From positions 13,673 to 77,672 of the forward strand of contig VMGF01000002.1 of NCBI GenBank assembly GCA_007376445.1: 64,000 nucleotides of DNA, read 5' to 3'. This document shows positions 1 to 9,367 of the stretch, one piece after another. Made by a program: the position numbers and the translations under genes. Source of the stretch: Parcubacteria group bacterium Gr01-1014_3 (lineage in GTDB: Bacteria > Patescibacteriota > Minisyncoccia > UBA6257 > WO2-44-18). Numbering within the stretch: position 1 is the first letter of the stretch; every line of letters starts with the position of its first letter. The notes below the pieces were generated by a model. That model was not told the DNA's origin. It did no database searches and worked only from the letters and a program-made list of their open reading frames with translations.

Positions 1-123
1 CCGCGAGCGCAGTTTTCCGCTGAAGACCTGGAAAAAGAAAAACGGCTGGTTAAGGATTTTGACTGGGTGAACACATTTATTGAGAAAGAAGTCAGGGACA
101 TAGAGAAATATGTAGGCAACTAA
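1..123 (+). CDS. partial CDS (3' end), unknown product
   Basis: Frame 1 is open from the window edge to TAA at 121-123 (PRAQFSAEDLEKEKRLVKDFDWVNTFIEKEVRDIEKYVGN*). Confidence 0.55.
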   Translation, partial: PRAQFSAEDLEKEKRLVKDFDWVNTFIEKEVRDIEKYVGN

Positions 124-127
124 AATA

Positions 128-236
128 TAATTTTAAATGCTAAATTTTTAATTTTAATTTAATGACCAAATGTTAAATTTCAAAAATTAAGTCATTGAAA
201 ATTAATTTAAAATTTATAATTAAAAATTTAAAATTA
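128..236. repeat. AT-rich ~110 bp imperfect palindromic heptamer repeat, copy 1
   Basis: Near-identical to 13414-13521 and to the reverse complement of 46072-46180; built of AAATTTT/AAAATTG-like units. Confidence 0.85.
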
Positions 237-241
237 CTTTT

Positions 242-1027
242 ATGACTTTCTGGGATCTAATTTTGGTCTGGTTCGCGCCGATAGCGATTGGTATCGGCAT
301 CGCTTTTTACTACGCGAAAAGAAAAAAAGATCCTTCGGCTGGCGGAGAAGAATCTCACCCAGAACTTTTATCTATGATCGCGCACCAGCTCCGGTCTCCG
401 CTTACTTCCGTTAAATGGATCAGTGAGCGGCTGGCTACTACAAAATTGGAAGCCGATCAGCGGGATAAAGTTTTAGAAATCCAAAAAGTTAATCAGCATC
501 TGATCGATCTCCTGGAAAATCTGAAAAAAATCGGCAAGGAGAAGCTGAACGGCGAAGCTGAAGGCCGCGAGTATTTTTTAGCGAATCTGGTTAATGAAAT
601 TACAGGTTTATTTAAATCTCCAGCCGAACGTAAAAATATCCGCATTGTTCTCGGCGTTCATCCCGGCATCGGCAAGATCAGGACGGATAAATTTCTGCTC
701 ACTGAGGCTATGAAAAATATCCTTGAGAACGCTATCGATTACTCTCCGGCTGGTTCGACTATCGATATTTCGGTTCGCCAGGACGGAGGGCGCTATGCAA
801 TCGCTATCAGTAACGACAAGGCTTGTCCTGAGCAATTCGACCTTGCTCACTGTAAACTTGCCGAAGGAGGAGGTATTTCGGAGAAAGACGGGGGAGGCTT
901 GGGTTTATTGATCGCGCAAACTGCTATTCGGGCGAATCGAGGAGAGTTAGCGATGAAATCTCCAAATGGACAGGGAGCGTCGTTCGTTATATCCTTGCCA
1001 GGCAGTGAAAATTCGACTGCTCGCTAA
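242..1027 (+). CDS. membrane-anchored sensor histidine kinase (HisKA + HATPase_c), G1 box interrupted
   Basis: N-terminal TM helix, H-box AHQLRSPLT, N-box NILENAIDYS, G2 GGGLGL. Confidence 0.85.
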   Translation: MTFWDLILVWFAPIAIGIGIAFYYAKRKKDPSAGGEESHPELLSMIAHQLRSPLTSVKWISERLATTKLEADQRDKVLEIQKVNQHLIDLLENLKKIGKEKLNGEAEGREYFLANLVNEITGLFKSPAERKNIRIVLGVHPGIGKIRTDKFLLTEAMKNILENAIDYSPAGSTIDISVRQDGGRYAIAISNDKACPEQFDLAHCKLAEGGGISEKDGGGLGLLIAQTAIRANRGELAMKSPNGQGASFVISLPGSENSTAR

Positions 1028-1069
1028 TGCGAGCCCAGCAACACGGTCGAATTTCTACTTCCTGGCTTG
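994..1069. repeat. inverted-arm repeat GCCAGG(C/A)AGTGAAAATTCGAC...GTCGAATTTCTACTTCCTGGC, copy 1
   Basis: Arms match 46957-47027; loop sequences are unrelated. Confidence 0.85.
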
Positions 1070-1159
1070 CCAGTGAACTAAGTGCGGGGATACTAAATTC
1101 AATTTTAAATTTTGTAATTAATTCATTAAATTAAAATTGAAAATTTAGATTTTAAAATT

Positions 1160-1873
1160 ATGAATATTCATTACCCGGTCCGAATTAACCGCTACCTCGC
1201 GCTTCAAAATATTTGCAGCCGAAGAGAGGCGGATAAGTTAATTTCGGCCGGGCAGGTAAAAATCAATAATAGGATCGCCAAGCTGGGGGATCTGGTAAAA
1301 GAAGGCGACGAGGTCAGCCTGAGTGAAGCCGCAAAGAAGCGGGAGGAGTCGTTGGTTTACATCGCGTATAACAAGCCTTTTGGCGTTGTAACTCACAGCG
1401 CGCAAGACGATGAGTCCGAGATACTTGATGATCCGGCGCTTCAAAAATTTGGCCGACTTTTTCCCGTGGGCAGGCTGGACAAGGAGTCTCATGGCCTGAT
1501 CATACTGACCAACGACGGCAGGATCACTGGAAAATTACTGGAGCCGGAGCGGGAGCATGAAAAAGAGTATCTGGTAAAAACTGATCGGGATGTTGCTGAA
1601 GGTTTTTTAAGGAAAATGGGGAAAGGAGTGCAGCTAGAGGACTTTCGAACAAAAAATTGCGAAGTAGAGCCGGCCGGCCCTAAGTCTTTCCGGATCATTC
1701 TTACCGAAGGCAAGAAGCATCAGATCCGGAGAATGTGCGCGGCGCTCGGTTATCAGACGGTGGACTTAAAAAGGATCCGGATAATGAATATCAAATTAGA
1801 CGGACTCAAAGAAGGAAAATTCAGGATAATTATCGGACAGGAGCTGAAGACTTTACTAAATAGCTTAAAATAG
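1160..1873 (+). CDS. rRNA pseudouridine synthase, RsuA/RluB/RluF family
   Basis: S4 domain (SRREADKLI), catalytic GRLDKES, EGKKHQIRRM. Confidence 0.93.
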   Translation: MNIHYPVRINRYLALQNICSRREADKLISAGQVKINNRIAKLGDLVKEGDEVSLSEAAKKREESLVYIAYNKPFGVVTHSAQDDESEILDDPALQKFGRLFPVGRLDKESHGLIILTNDGRITGKLLEPEREHEKEYLVKTDRDVAEGFLRKMGKGVQLEDFRTKNCEVEPAGPKSFRIILTEGKKHQIRRMCAALGYQTVDLKRIRIMNIKLDGLKEGKFRIIIGQELKTLLNSLK

Positions 1874-1887
1874 GCATAATTGGGTCT

Positions 1888-3363
1888 ATGACCGCGAATT
1901 GGGGAGACGTCGTTTTGAAATTTAATAAAGTCAGCTTTGCCTATGGACCGAAGAAAACCATTTTGGATTCGGTTGATTTTGTTATCCGCGAAAGAGCCAA
2001 GCTTACCCTGATGGGGCAGAACGGCGCCGGCAAGTCCACTATTTTTAAATTGATCTCTAAAGAGATTCAGCCGGAGGAGGGTTCGATCAATATTAAAACC
2101 GGCGCCACGATTGCTACTTCGATGCAGGTGATACCAAAAGATTGGATGAATGACACCGTGATCCAGTACTTTGAGCGCGCTTTTTCTAAAAAAGTTTATG
2201 ACATTGAGCCTCGCATCAATAAGATATTGAATGTAGTTAACCTGAAAGCGGACCTGAAGAAAAAAATGAATCAGTTCTCCGGCGGCCAACAGGCTCGTTT
2301 GCTTTTGGCTTTCGCCCTCATTCAGAACCCAGACATTCTTTTATTGGATGAGCCTACTAATAATCTCGATAAAGTCGGCATTGAGCATCTGACCAAATTT
2401 TTGATTGAGTATTCTAAGACCTGCGTGGTTATTTCTCACGACGCGCACTTTCTGAACTCATTCACCCACGGAGTTTTATATTTAGATAATTTTAGCGGTA
2501 AGGTTGAGCAGTATGTCGGTGACTATATGAAAGTAGTAGCGGAAATCGCTATACGAATCGAGCGTGAGCGGAAAAAGAACGCGATGTTAAAAAAGGATAT
2601 AGAGAACCGCAAAGAGCAGATGAATTATTTCGCGCAAAAAGGTGGAAAAATGCGTGATGTCGCGAGGAAAATGCGGGAAGCTATCCAAGAACTCGAATCC
2701 CAGCTGGTGGATCTCCGTCAAGAAGATAAAACCATCAAAGATTTCATTATTCCAGTGCAGTCTTTTGAGGGATCGGAGCGTCCGGACTGGAAGATTGTGG
2801 AGATAAAGGCGGTGAATATCATGACGACCGGCAAGCCGTCGGCGAAGAAGGTAAATATCGTTTTAAAGCGGAAAGAGAAGCTTTTGATATCTGGCCCTAA
2901 TGGTATCGGCAAAAGCACTCTACTGGAGGCTTTAGCGAGTGGTAAGGCTAAGGGTATGGGTATCTCCGATGACATTAAGATCGGATATTATAAGCAGGAC
3001 TTTTCCGGTCTGGATTTTGACGAGACGGTTTACAAAACCCTCTCGGACGCGATGACCGGCGGTTCGGATCAGGAACTACGTTCGGCGGCCGCCCAATTTT
3101 TACTGGACGCTGATCTATTGAATAATAAAGTGGGCTCGCTTTCCGAAGGTCAAAAAGGACTGCTTTCTTTCGCACGATTTGTTCTGCAGCGACCTGGCTT
3201 ATTGATCATGGATGAGCCGACTAATCACATCAACTTCCGCCACTTGCCAGCGGTCGCCAAGGCTTTAGATAAGTTTGAAGGCGCGTTGATTCTCGTTAGT
3301 CACTCGCCAGAGTTTATCAAGCAGATCAATATTGATCATAAATTGGACCTTGGGGATTTATAA
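1888..3363 (+). CDS. ABC-F family ATPase
   Basis: Two ABC cassettes (GQNGAGKST, GPNGIGKST; LLLDEPTNNLD, MDEPTNH), no TM segments. Confidence 0.92.
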   Translation: MTANWGDVVLKFNKVSFAYGPKKTILDSVDFVIRERAKLTLMGQNGAGKSTIFKLISKEIQPEEGSINIKTGATIATSMQVIPKDWMNDTVIQYFERAFSKKVYDIEPRINKILNVVNLKADLKKKMNQFSGGQQARLLLAFALIQNPDILLLDEPTNNLDKVGIEHLTKFLIEYSKTCVVISHDAHFLNSFTHGVLYLDNFSGKVEQYVGDYMKVVAEIAIRIERERKKNAMLKKDIENRKEQMNYFAQKGGKMRDVARKMREAIQELESQLVDLRQEDKTIKDFIIPVQSFEGSERPDWKIVEIKAVNIMTTGKPSAKKVNIVLKRKEKLLISGPNGIGKSTLLEALASGKAKGMGISDDIKIGYYKQDFSGLDFDETVYKTLSDAMTGGSDQELRSAAAQFLLDADLLNNKVGSLSEGQKGLLSFARFVLQRPGLLIMDEPTNHINFRHLPAVAKALDKFEGALILVSHSPEFIKQINIDHKLDLGDL

Positions 3364-3495
3364 AACCGAAACTAACTCTTTTTCAGAACCAGAATAACCG
3401 GCCTCCAGCGGGCCGGTTTTCTTCTCTCTCGGTGGTTTTTAAACCAAGCAAAACCGCCTCCGAGATGTTCCGAAAAAGAGTTAGTTTCGGTTTTT
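3364..3495. ncRNA. candidate structured RNA / dispersed element, copy 1
   Basis: Three-way junction with long closing stem; homologous to 39577-39722 with compensatory changes. Confidence 0.55.
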
Positions 3496-4437
3496 TTATT
3501 TAAGCAGTCCTTTAAGATTTTCCAGCGCGGATTTTAGTGCGTCGAGAAGCGAGGCGGTGGCGTTTTGAGTATTTGCAGAAGAGCAAAGACTGGCGAAGTT
3601 GGTGCCGCCGGATTCATCGTACCAGTACCGATAATGCAGAGTTCCATCCGGGTCCATAAGCTCCGGATCGAAACCGCCATACATCCCTCCTTGCTTAAAT
3701 AGCAAAATATCTTTATAGCAGACGGCGCCTGGCGCGTTGGAGTTAGACGCTGTTTTATCATAGAACCTAATTGGCTTGGTATGATCCGTGAAGGTGTATT
3801 TAGCAGGGTCTGTGAATTCGCAGATGTTTTTAATGCCAATATAATTCAATTCATTAATATCCTCACAAGGTGAGTAGCCAGTGATCGGGTTAACATTAGC
3901 TACTGTATTAGCTGGATCTCCGGCATAAAGAAAGGCGCGTTTGTCCCTGGGCGATACTCCAGCATACAAGAAACTGCCGGTGCCAAAGTTAATGTATCGG
4001 TTAGGAAGAACGGTGCCGGTACCAGTTTTAATGACCGGCTTTGGGGCTGGAGCGGGCGCCGGAGCTGTAGCTGGTGATGGAATCGGCGTTGGCGTTGGCT
4101 GAGGCGCTGGAGCTGGCGTACCCGCCTGGGCTCGAATTGTGGTGAATTTTGCCCTTGTTATTGGCCCAACTATACCAACGGCTTCAATTCCATTTTTAGC
4201 CTGCCATCTTTTAACGGCCGCTTCAGTCAGTAAGCCAAAGTATCCGGTTACCAAACCTTCTGGATAAACATCTTTATACTGCGCCAAGAAAGTTTGGAGC
4301 AGGCGAACGTTCTCGCCGCGGATGCCTACGTATAATGGAGTGGTTAATACTGGTGGCAATATTGATGAAGCAGTCTGCGCGGAGGCTATCGTGGCCAAAC
4401 CCAAAAACAACGAGCTCAAAAGTGTTTTTTTTACCAT
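3496..4437 (-). CDS. secreted peptidoglycan-binding domain protein with Pro/Ala/Thr linker
   Basis: Signal peptide MVKKTLL..., PG_binding_1 motif GENVRLLQ...TGYFGLLTEAAVKRWQ...GIVGPITR; start moved to ATG 4437. Confidence 0.8.
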   Translation of the reverse strand: MVKKTLLSSLFLGLATIASAQTASSILPPVLTTPLYVGIRGENVRLLQTFLAQYKDVYPEGLVTGYFGLLTEAAVKRWQAKNGIEAVGIVGPITRAKFTTIRAQAGTPAPAPQPTPTPIPSPATAPAPAPAPKPVIKTGTGTVLPNRYINFGTGSFLYAGVSPRDKRAFLYAGDPANTVANVNPITGYSPCEDINELNYIGIKNICEFTDPAKYTFTDHTKPIRFYDKTASNSNAPGAVCYKDILLFKQGGMYGGFDPELMDPDGTLHYRYWYDESGGTNFASLCSSANTQNATASLLDALKSALENLKGLLK

Positions 4438-4528
4438 AGTTAAATTATAGCATCCCATACATAATTTGTTATGTGTGGGATAGCAAATTGAATAAAAATA
4501 AGCCGCTGATTGCGGCATTCGGTCTTGT

Positions 4529-4602
4529 TGGCTGGGGGGCTAGGAATCGAACCTAGATCTGCTGCTCCAAAGGCAGCCGTGTTACCATTGCACTACCCCC
4601 CA
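4529..4602 (-). tRNA. tRNA-Gln(TTG)
   Basis: Minus strand TGGGGGGTAGTGCAATGGTAACACGGCTGCCTTTGGAGCAGCAGATCTAGGTTCGATTCCTAGCCCCCCAGCCA: 7-bp acceptor stem, TTG anticodon, GTTCGA T-loop, encoded CCA. Confidence 0.96.
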
Positions 4603-5268
4603 ATAATTACAGATGTGGTCTACCCAGGCGGAAATTTTTCTATTTAGATTCGTGCTTTTCCGCACTATGATTCTCAGTAATCCATTATAGGCGATTCCCG
4701 TATTTTTTCGACCAGTCTTTAGTTTATGCTCCTTGAAATATACTTTAATTTTTCTCTTATCGCAAGACACTGTTTTTGCCCAAAAACTCAACGCCTTTTC
4801 GATATCCGCGGTGTTATGTATATATAAAGCGAAGGCGATTTCATTTTTCGGTATTTTTATAATTGTTAACAACCAGCCTAAAAATACCTTTATCATTTTT
4901 GGATCAGAATTATTAAAATTTACTTGCTGGCTGACCAGGTGTTCCTTTGCTTTTGAGCCCTCAGCCCAATAGAGCATAATACCGGCAAGCCATAAATGAT
5001 CATTGTTGAGTTCTCGCATTTCTTGAAAAGCCTCATTTTTAATTTGATCCATAAGAGTAAGGCGTTGCTGATGTCTGGCAATCGCGCCCCTTTGTTGAGC
5101 AAGAATTTTCTTTTTAGTTAGGCGCCGATGTGTTTGTTTTGCTAATGCAACCGAATGTAGCCATGACGATAATGTTGATTTTGCAACCGGAATTTGCGCC
5201 AAAATTTCGGAGTAGGTTAGCCCCCGCCTTCTTAGGATTATTGCCTGCGTTTTTGGATCACTTTTCAT
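4582..5268 (-). CDS. HTH + LAGLIDADG-like domain protein overlapping the tRNA-Gln 5' end
   Basis: N-terminal HTH (GLTYSEI...VAKSTLSSW), LAGIMLYWAEG helix and FNNSDP motif; stop codon lies inside the tRNA. Confidence 0.7.
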   Translation of the reverse strand: MKSDPKTQAIILRRRGLTYSEILAQIPVAKSTLSSWLHSVALAKQTHRRLTKKKILAQQRGAIARHQQRLTLMDQIKNEAFQEMRELNNDHLWLAGIMLYWAEGSKAKEHLVSQQVNFNNSDPKMIKVFLGWLLTIIKIPKNEIAFALYIHNTADIEKALSFWAKTVSCDKRKIKVYFKEHKLKTGRKNTGIAYNGLLRIIVRKSTNLNRKISAWVDHICNYWGVVQW

Positions 5269-5336
5269 ACTGACATGAACACCAAACGTCTTTTTTAGTA
5301 TAACATACCGCTATTCAATTTAAAACACTTCATTTT

Positions 5337-6233
5337 TTACTTCATAATCAAATAAAGTCCGATACCCATGATCGCGAAGAGAATTGTCTTTTTTATAATA
5401 CTAAAAGCATCCGTTTTCTCTCGAAACATCCCGTCAGGAGATTTTTTCGAGAAAATAACCGCGTTTAAAAGAACAAAAAATGGCTGGATTGAAACAATAC
5501 CGGCAATCACAGTTACCGGCGCCATGGAGAGCGCGTAAGTGCCAATGAGCGATCCAATAATACTTAACAAATCTTCCAGGAATATCCATTTAAAAGATTT
5601 TTTAAAGTTGGGGTAATCTTCGGCAACATCCCTTCTAAATGCCGGAATTACGAGAAGCGTGAAACAAAATACGATAGCTATTAACGAGGTGCCGATATAT
5701 CCGGTCGTCCAGCTAACGTCATTTAAAATAAATTTGTACATTACCCAATCAATGGTGCCGATTAACGAGGCTAAAATCATGTAAAAAAATGACTTATTCA
5801 ACCGCAGCTTTCCTTTGGCGCCGTTAAGCGAAAGGAGCACGCTGCTTAATATTATGGTGAAAAATCCCACGTATTGGGTAGTTTTCAGAGTTTCTCCAAT
5901 GATAAAGTAGGCGAGAATTGGTATAAAAATTTTTCCGATCGAGAAAAGAGAACTAACCACGGCGGTATCTTCATTTTGGAGGGCCTTATAATAAGGGAAT
6001 ACATAAAGCACTTCGGCCAAACCGACGATTAAAAATGCCAGCAAAAGCCCCACCGGCGGAATAGACGGTTTTTCCAGTAGCGCGACAAAAGGAATAAATA
6101 TCGGCGCGATTAAAAATCCATAAAAAATACCCGCGTTAATCTTTTTAAACAACTTTCCGGCTATGTAGTTATCTACAACATACGCCCAGGAATGAAAAAC
6201 CGGATTGAGAAGGGTTAAGAGAAGAAGCCCCAT
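5337..6233 (-). CDS. EamA/DMT family transporter
   Basis: About 10 TM helices in two repeats, YYKALQ...IIGETL motif. Confidence 0.8.
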   Translation of the reverse strand: MGLLLLTLLNPVFHSWAYVVDNYIAGKLFKKINAGIFYGFLIAPIFIPFVALLEKPSIPPVGLLLAFLIVGLAEVLYVFPYYKALQNEDTAVVSSLFSIGKIFIPILAYFIIGETLKTTQYVGFFTIILSSVLLSLNGAKGKLRLNKSFFYMILASLIGTIDWVMYKFILNDVSWTTGYIGTSLIAIVFCFTLLVIPAFRRDVAEDYPNFKKSFKWIFLEDLLSIIGSLIGTYALSMAPVTVIAGIVSIQPFFVLLNAVIFSKKSPDGMFREKTDAFSIIKKTILFAIMGIGLYLIMK

Positions 6234-6235
6234 AA

Positions 6236-7345
6236 TTATTTCTTCAGATTTTCAATAATGGCGATCTCGAGAGGTACGATCGCGAAGGGGGAGTAGCGCA
6301 TCTCTCCGTAAGCGCGAATCAGGGATTTTATAAAGGGAAGATGTTTTTCCGGAATGATCTGACCGCTTTGACTTTTAATCTGCTCTAATTCTTTTTTTGT
6401 TAATTCATGTTGAAAAAGTTCTTCGAGCTTCGGATCAAATTTTAAACTCAATATCCGCCGCCAATAATGAATAAGTTCTTTGGCGAAGTCCACCAGGTTA
6501 TATCCGCCCTCATCCAACTTGGAGATATAAGCCAGAGCCTCACTTAAATTAGAATCCAAAATCAATCGGGAAAATTCCGAGGTCCGGGTAAAGCCGACTT
6601 TACCGATGATCTTTTCCACATTCTCCACTTCTACCTTTTCTTCCAGGCTAGCCAGCTGATCCAGCAGAGATTCCGCGTCACGCGCGCTACCATCGGCGGA
6701 AGCGGCGATAAGTTCGATAGCTTCCTCCGAGACATTCATTTTTTCTTCTTTGACCACTCGCGTGAGTTTCTGCGCGATCGATTCTACGGACAATTTTTTA
6801 AAATGGAATCTTTGCGCGCGAGAACTGATGGTCGACGGAATTTTTTCGTATTCGGTTGTGGCGAGAATAATGATCGTGTACGCCGGCGGTTCTTCCAGGG
6901 TTTTGAGAAGCGCGTTGAAAGCTTCCCGGGTCAACATGTGCGCTTCATCAATAATAAAAATTTTATACGGATAGGAGCTAGGGGAGAGGCGGATGCTTTC
7001 TTTGAGATCGCGCATTTCATCGATGCCCCGGTTGGAAGCGGCATCAATTTCCACCACGTCCAGCGCTCTGCCGGCGTCAATATCTTCGCATCGGCCGCAT
7101 TTATTGCAGGGTTCGCCTTTGTCTTTAAATTTTTTATCCTTGATCCGGGTTTCGCAGTTAGCGATCTTGGCGAGCAGTCGAGCAGTCGTGGTTTTGCCGG
7201 TGCCCCGAGGACCATAGAAAAGATAAGCATGCGCCAACTTGTCCTGGCGGCCGGCGTTTTTTAATATTTCGGCCACGGACTGTTGGCCTAAAACCTCCTC
7301 GAAATTCTTCGGACGGTACTTTCGGTAGATAGCTAATGACATCAA
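6236..7345 (-). CDS. dnaX: DNA polymerase III subunit gamma/tau (short form)
   Basis: YRKYRP, GPRGTGKTT, EIDAASNRG, IIDEAHML, FNALLKTLEEPP. Confidence 0.97.
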   Translation of the reverse strand: MMSLAIYRKYRPKNFEEVLGQQSVAEILKNAGRQDKLAHAYLFYGPRGTGKTTTARLLAKIANCETRIKDKKFKDKGEPCNKCGRCEDIDAGRALDVVEIDAASNRGIDEMRDLKESIRLSPSSYPYKIFIIDEAHMLTREAFNALLKTLEEPPAYTIIILATTEYEKIPSTISSRAQRFHFKKLSVESIAQKLTRVVKEEKMNVSEEAIELIAASADGSARDAESLLDQLASLEEKVEVENVEKIIGKVGFTRTSEFSRLILDSNLSEALAYISKLDEGGYNLVDFAKELIHYWRRILSLKFDPKLEELFQHELTKKELEQIKSQSGQIIPEKHLPFIKSLIRAYGEMRYSPFAIVPLEIAIIENLKK

Positions 7346-7386
7346 CTTTATTTTAGCCCAGTTTTGGCATAAAATGTATATATACG

Positions 7387-8607
7387 ATGCGCCGATATAT
7401 ATTCCTTACTCTTTTAGCCTGCGGTTTAGTAGCGGCGTTTTTATTTATTAGCACGAGCAATATCATTGAACTTCCAATACTAAGAAGCATCGCCAGCTTC
7501 GCGGATCAGGCGCCGGTCAATTTTGACATAGAACCCCAGCGACCACTTGTCATACCCCCGGAACCGATCAAGGCTATTTATCTTACGAGTTATTCTGGCG
7601 GGAATGCCACGAAGATCGCTTCGGTTATTAAGCTGATCAAAGAAACAGAGCTTAATGCGGTGGTAGTAGATATGAAGGATTACTCCGGTTTCGTGGCTTA
7701 CAATACTGACCTGGAACTTCCGAAAGAATATAAAGCGGTGGATCCAAGGATCCCGGCCTTGAATAAACTGGTTAAAAAATTCCACGACGAAAATATTTAT
7801 ATCATCGCGCGCGTGTCGGTTTTTCAGGATCAGCAGCTCGCGAAGGCCAGGCCGGACCTCGCGCTGATCAGTTCTAGCACGCAACAATCCTGGAAAGACT
7901 ATAAGGGTTTGATGTGGATGGATACCTCCTCTCAAGAAGTCTGGGATTACAACATCGCCATCGCGGAAGAGTTGGCGGCTCGCGGCGTGGACGAGATCAA
8001 CTTTGATTACATCCGCTTTGCCTCCGACGGAAACTTAGCGGATATCAAATACCCATTCTGGGATGGCAAGACTTATAAAACCGCGGTATTAAAAAGCTTC
8101 TTTCAATATCTGCGCGAGAAATTAGCTGACGCGGTTCTGTCCGCCGATCTTTTTGGTCTGGTCACAGTGAATACGGACGGACTGGGAATAGGTCAGCACT
8201 TGGAATACGCTTTGCCGTATTTTGACGCGATCGCGCCGATGACTTATCCGTCGCATTATTACAAAGGCTTCATTGGTATTGAGAAACCAGCCGAAGAGCC
8301 ATACAAGGTGATTAAATATTCCATGGATTCCGCCTTGCTTCGCGTTAAGGCGCATGAAAACGCCTTACGAGCGGCGATTGGCAATAGCACGACGACTCCT
8401 ATGCCAAGAATTGCCAAGCTTCGGCCATGGTTCCAGGACTTTGATCTCGGGGCGGATTATGACGAGAAGAAGGTGCGCGCGCAGATCCAAGCTTGGTACG
8501 ACTCCTCGGCCAATCAAGGATATACGAGCGGCGGCTGGATGCTCTGGAATGCTTCCAACAACTACACCAGGGCGGCGCTAGAGCCAGCATCATTCGTAAA
8601 CAACTAA
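7387..8607 (+). CDS. putative glycoside hydrolase (DUF4015-like), secreted
   Basis: NAVVVDMKD, DEINFDYIRF, PMTYPSHY, RPWFQDF motifs; N-terminal anchor. Confidence 0.75.
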   Translation: MRRYIFLTLLACGLVAAFLFISTSNIIELPILRSIASFADQAPVNFDIEPQRPLVIPPEPIKAIYLTSYSGGNATKIASVIKLIKETELNAVVVDMKDYSGFVAYNTDLELPKEYKAVDPRIPALNKLVKKFHDENIYIIARVSVFQDQQLAKARPDLALISSSTQQSWKDYKGLMWMDTSSQEVWDYNIAIAEELAARGVDEINFDYIRFASDGNLADIKYPFWDGKTYKTAVLKSFFQYLREKLADAVLSADLFGLVTVNTDGLGIGQHLEYALPYFDAIAPMTYPSHYYKGFIGIEKPAEEPYKVIKYSMDSALLRVKAHENALRAAIGNSTTTPMPRIAKLRPWFQDFDLGADYDEKKVRAQIQAWYDSSANQGYTSGGWMLWNASNNYTRAALEPASFVNN

Positions 8608-8611
8608 ATTG

Positions 8612-9367
8612 ATGTTTGAAGTTAAACTAGAAAAATTCGCGGGTCCGATGGAGAAGCTTCTCGAACTGATCGAGGAGCGTCAGCTAGAGATCACCCAGCT
8701 TAGTCTTTCACAGGTTACGGACGCCTTTTTGAGTTATATAAAATCTTTGGATAAGCAGATCGAGTCCGGCGTGCTGGCGGATTTTTTGGTGGTCGCGTCC
8801 AAGTTAGTTTTGATAAAGTCCAAGACTTTATTGCCTAGCCTAGAGCTCACCAAAGATGAAGAGACGGAAATTCATGACCTTGAGACTCGGCTTAAAATAT
8901 ATCGCGAGTTTTCTTGGAAAGGTCAGTCCGCGGATGGAGGAAAAACTGCCAGTCAGCACATTCTCTCGCTTTGGAATAAAAAATCGCCGGCCTTCTCCAG
9001 GCAGTTTTTGGCTAATTTTGAGGCCAAGATATTTTATCCGCCGGTGGGATTGGCGATCAGCGATTTGACCAGGTCGGTTATGAATTTAATTTCCGTTTTA
9101 CAATCGATTACGCCGGATACAAAAGAGATCAAAAAAGCGATAATTTCTATCGAAGAAAAGATGCAGGAGTTGGTTAAACGATTTAGCGAATCGGCATCAC
9201 ACAGTCTTCGGTCTTTGGCGAAAACCGGTAATAAATCGGAGGTTATCGTGGTTTTTCTCGCCATCCTTCATCTTCTCAAAGATAAAATGATCCAGGTTAA
9301 ACAGGGGGAGCGGTTTAGTGATATATTAGTAGAAAAGGCAGATGCCAAAAATAATTATGCCAACTAA
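8612..9367 (+). CDS. scpA: segregation and condensation protein A
   Basis: FAGPMEKLLELI, FLVVASKLVLIKSKTLLP, FLAILHL; adjacent to scpB. Confidence 0.92.
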   Translation: MFEVKLEKFAGPMEKLLELIEERQLEITQLSLSQVTDAFLSYIKSLDKQIESGVLADFLVVASKLVLIKSKTLLPSLELTKDEETEIHDLETRLKIYREFSWKGQSADGGKTASQHILSLWNKKSPAFSRQFLANFEAKIFYPPVGLAISDLTRSVMNLISVLQSITPDTKEIKKAIISIEEKMQELVKRFSESASHSLRSLAKTGNKSEVIVVFLAILHLLKDKMIQVKQGERFSDILVEKADAKNNYAN

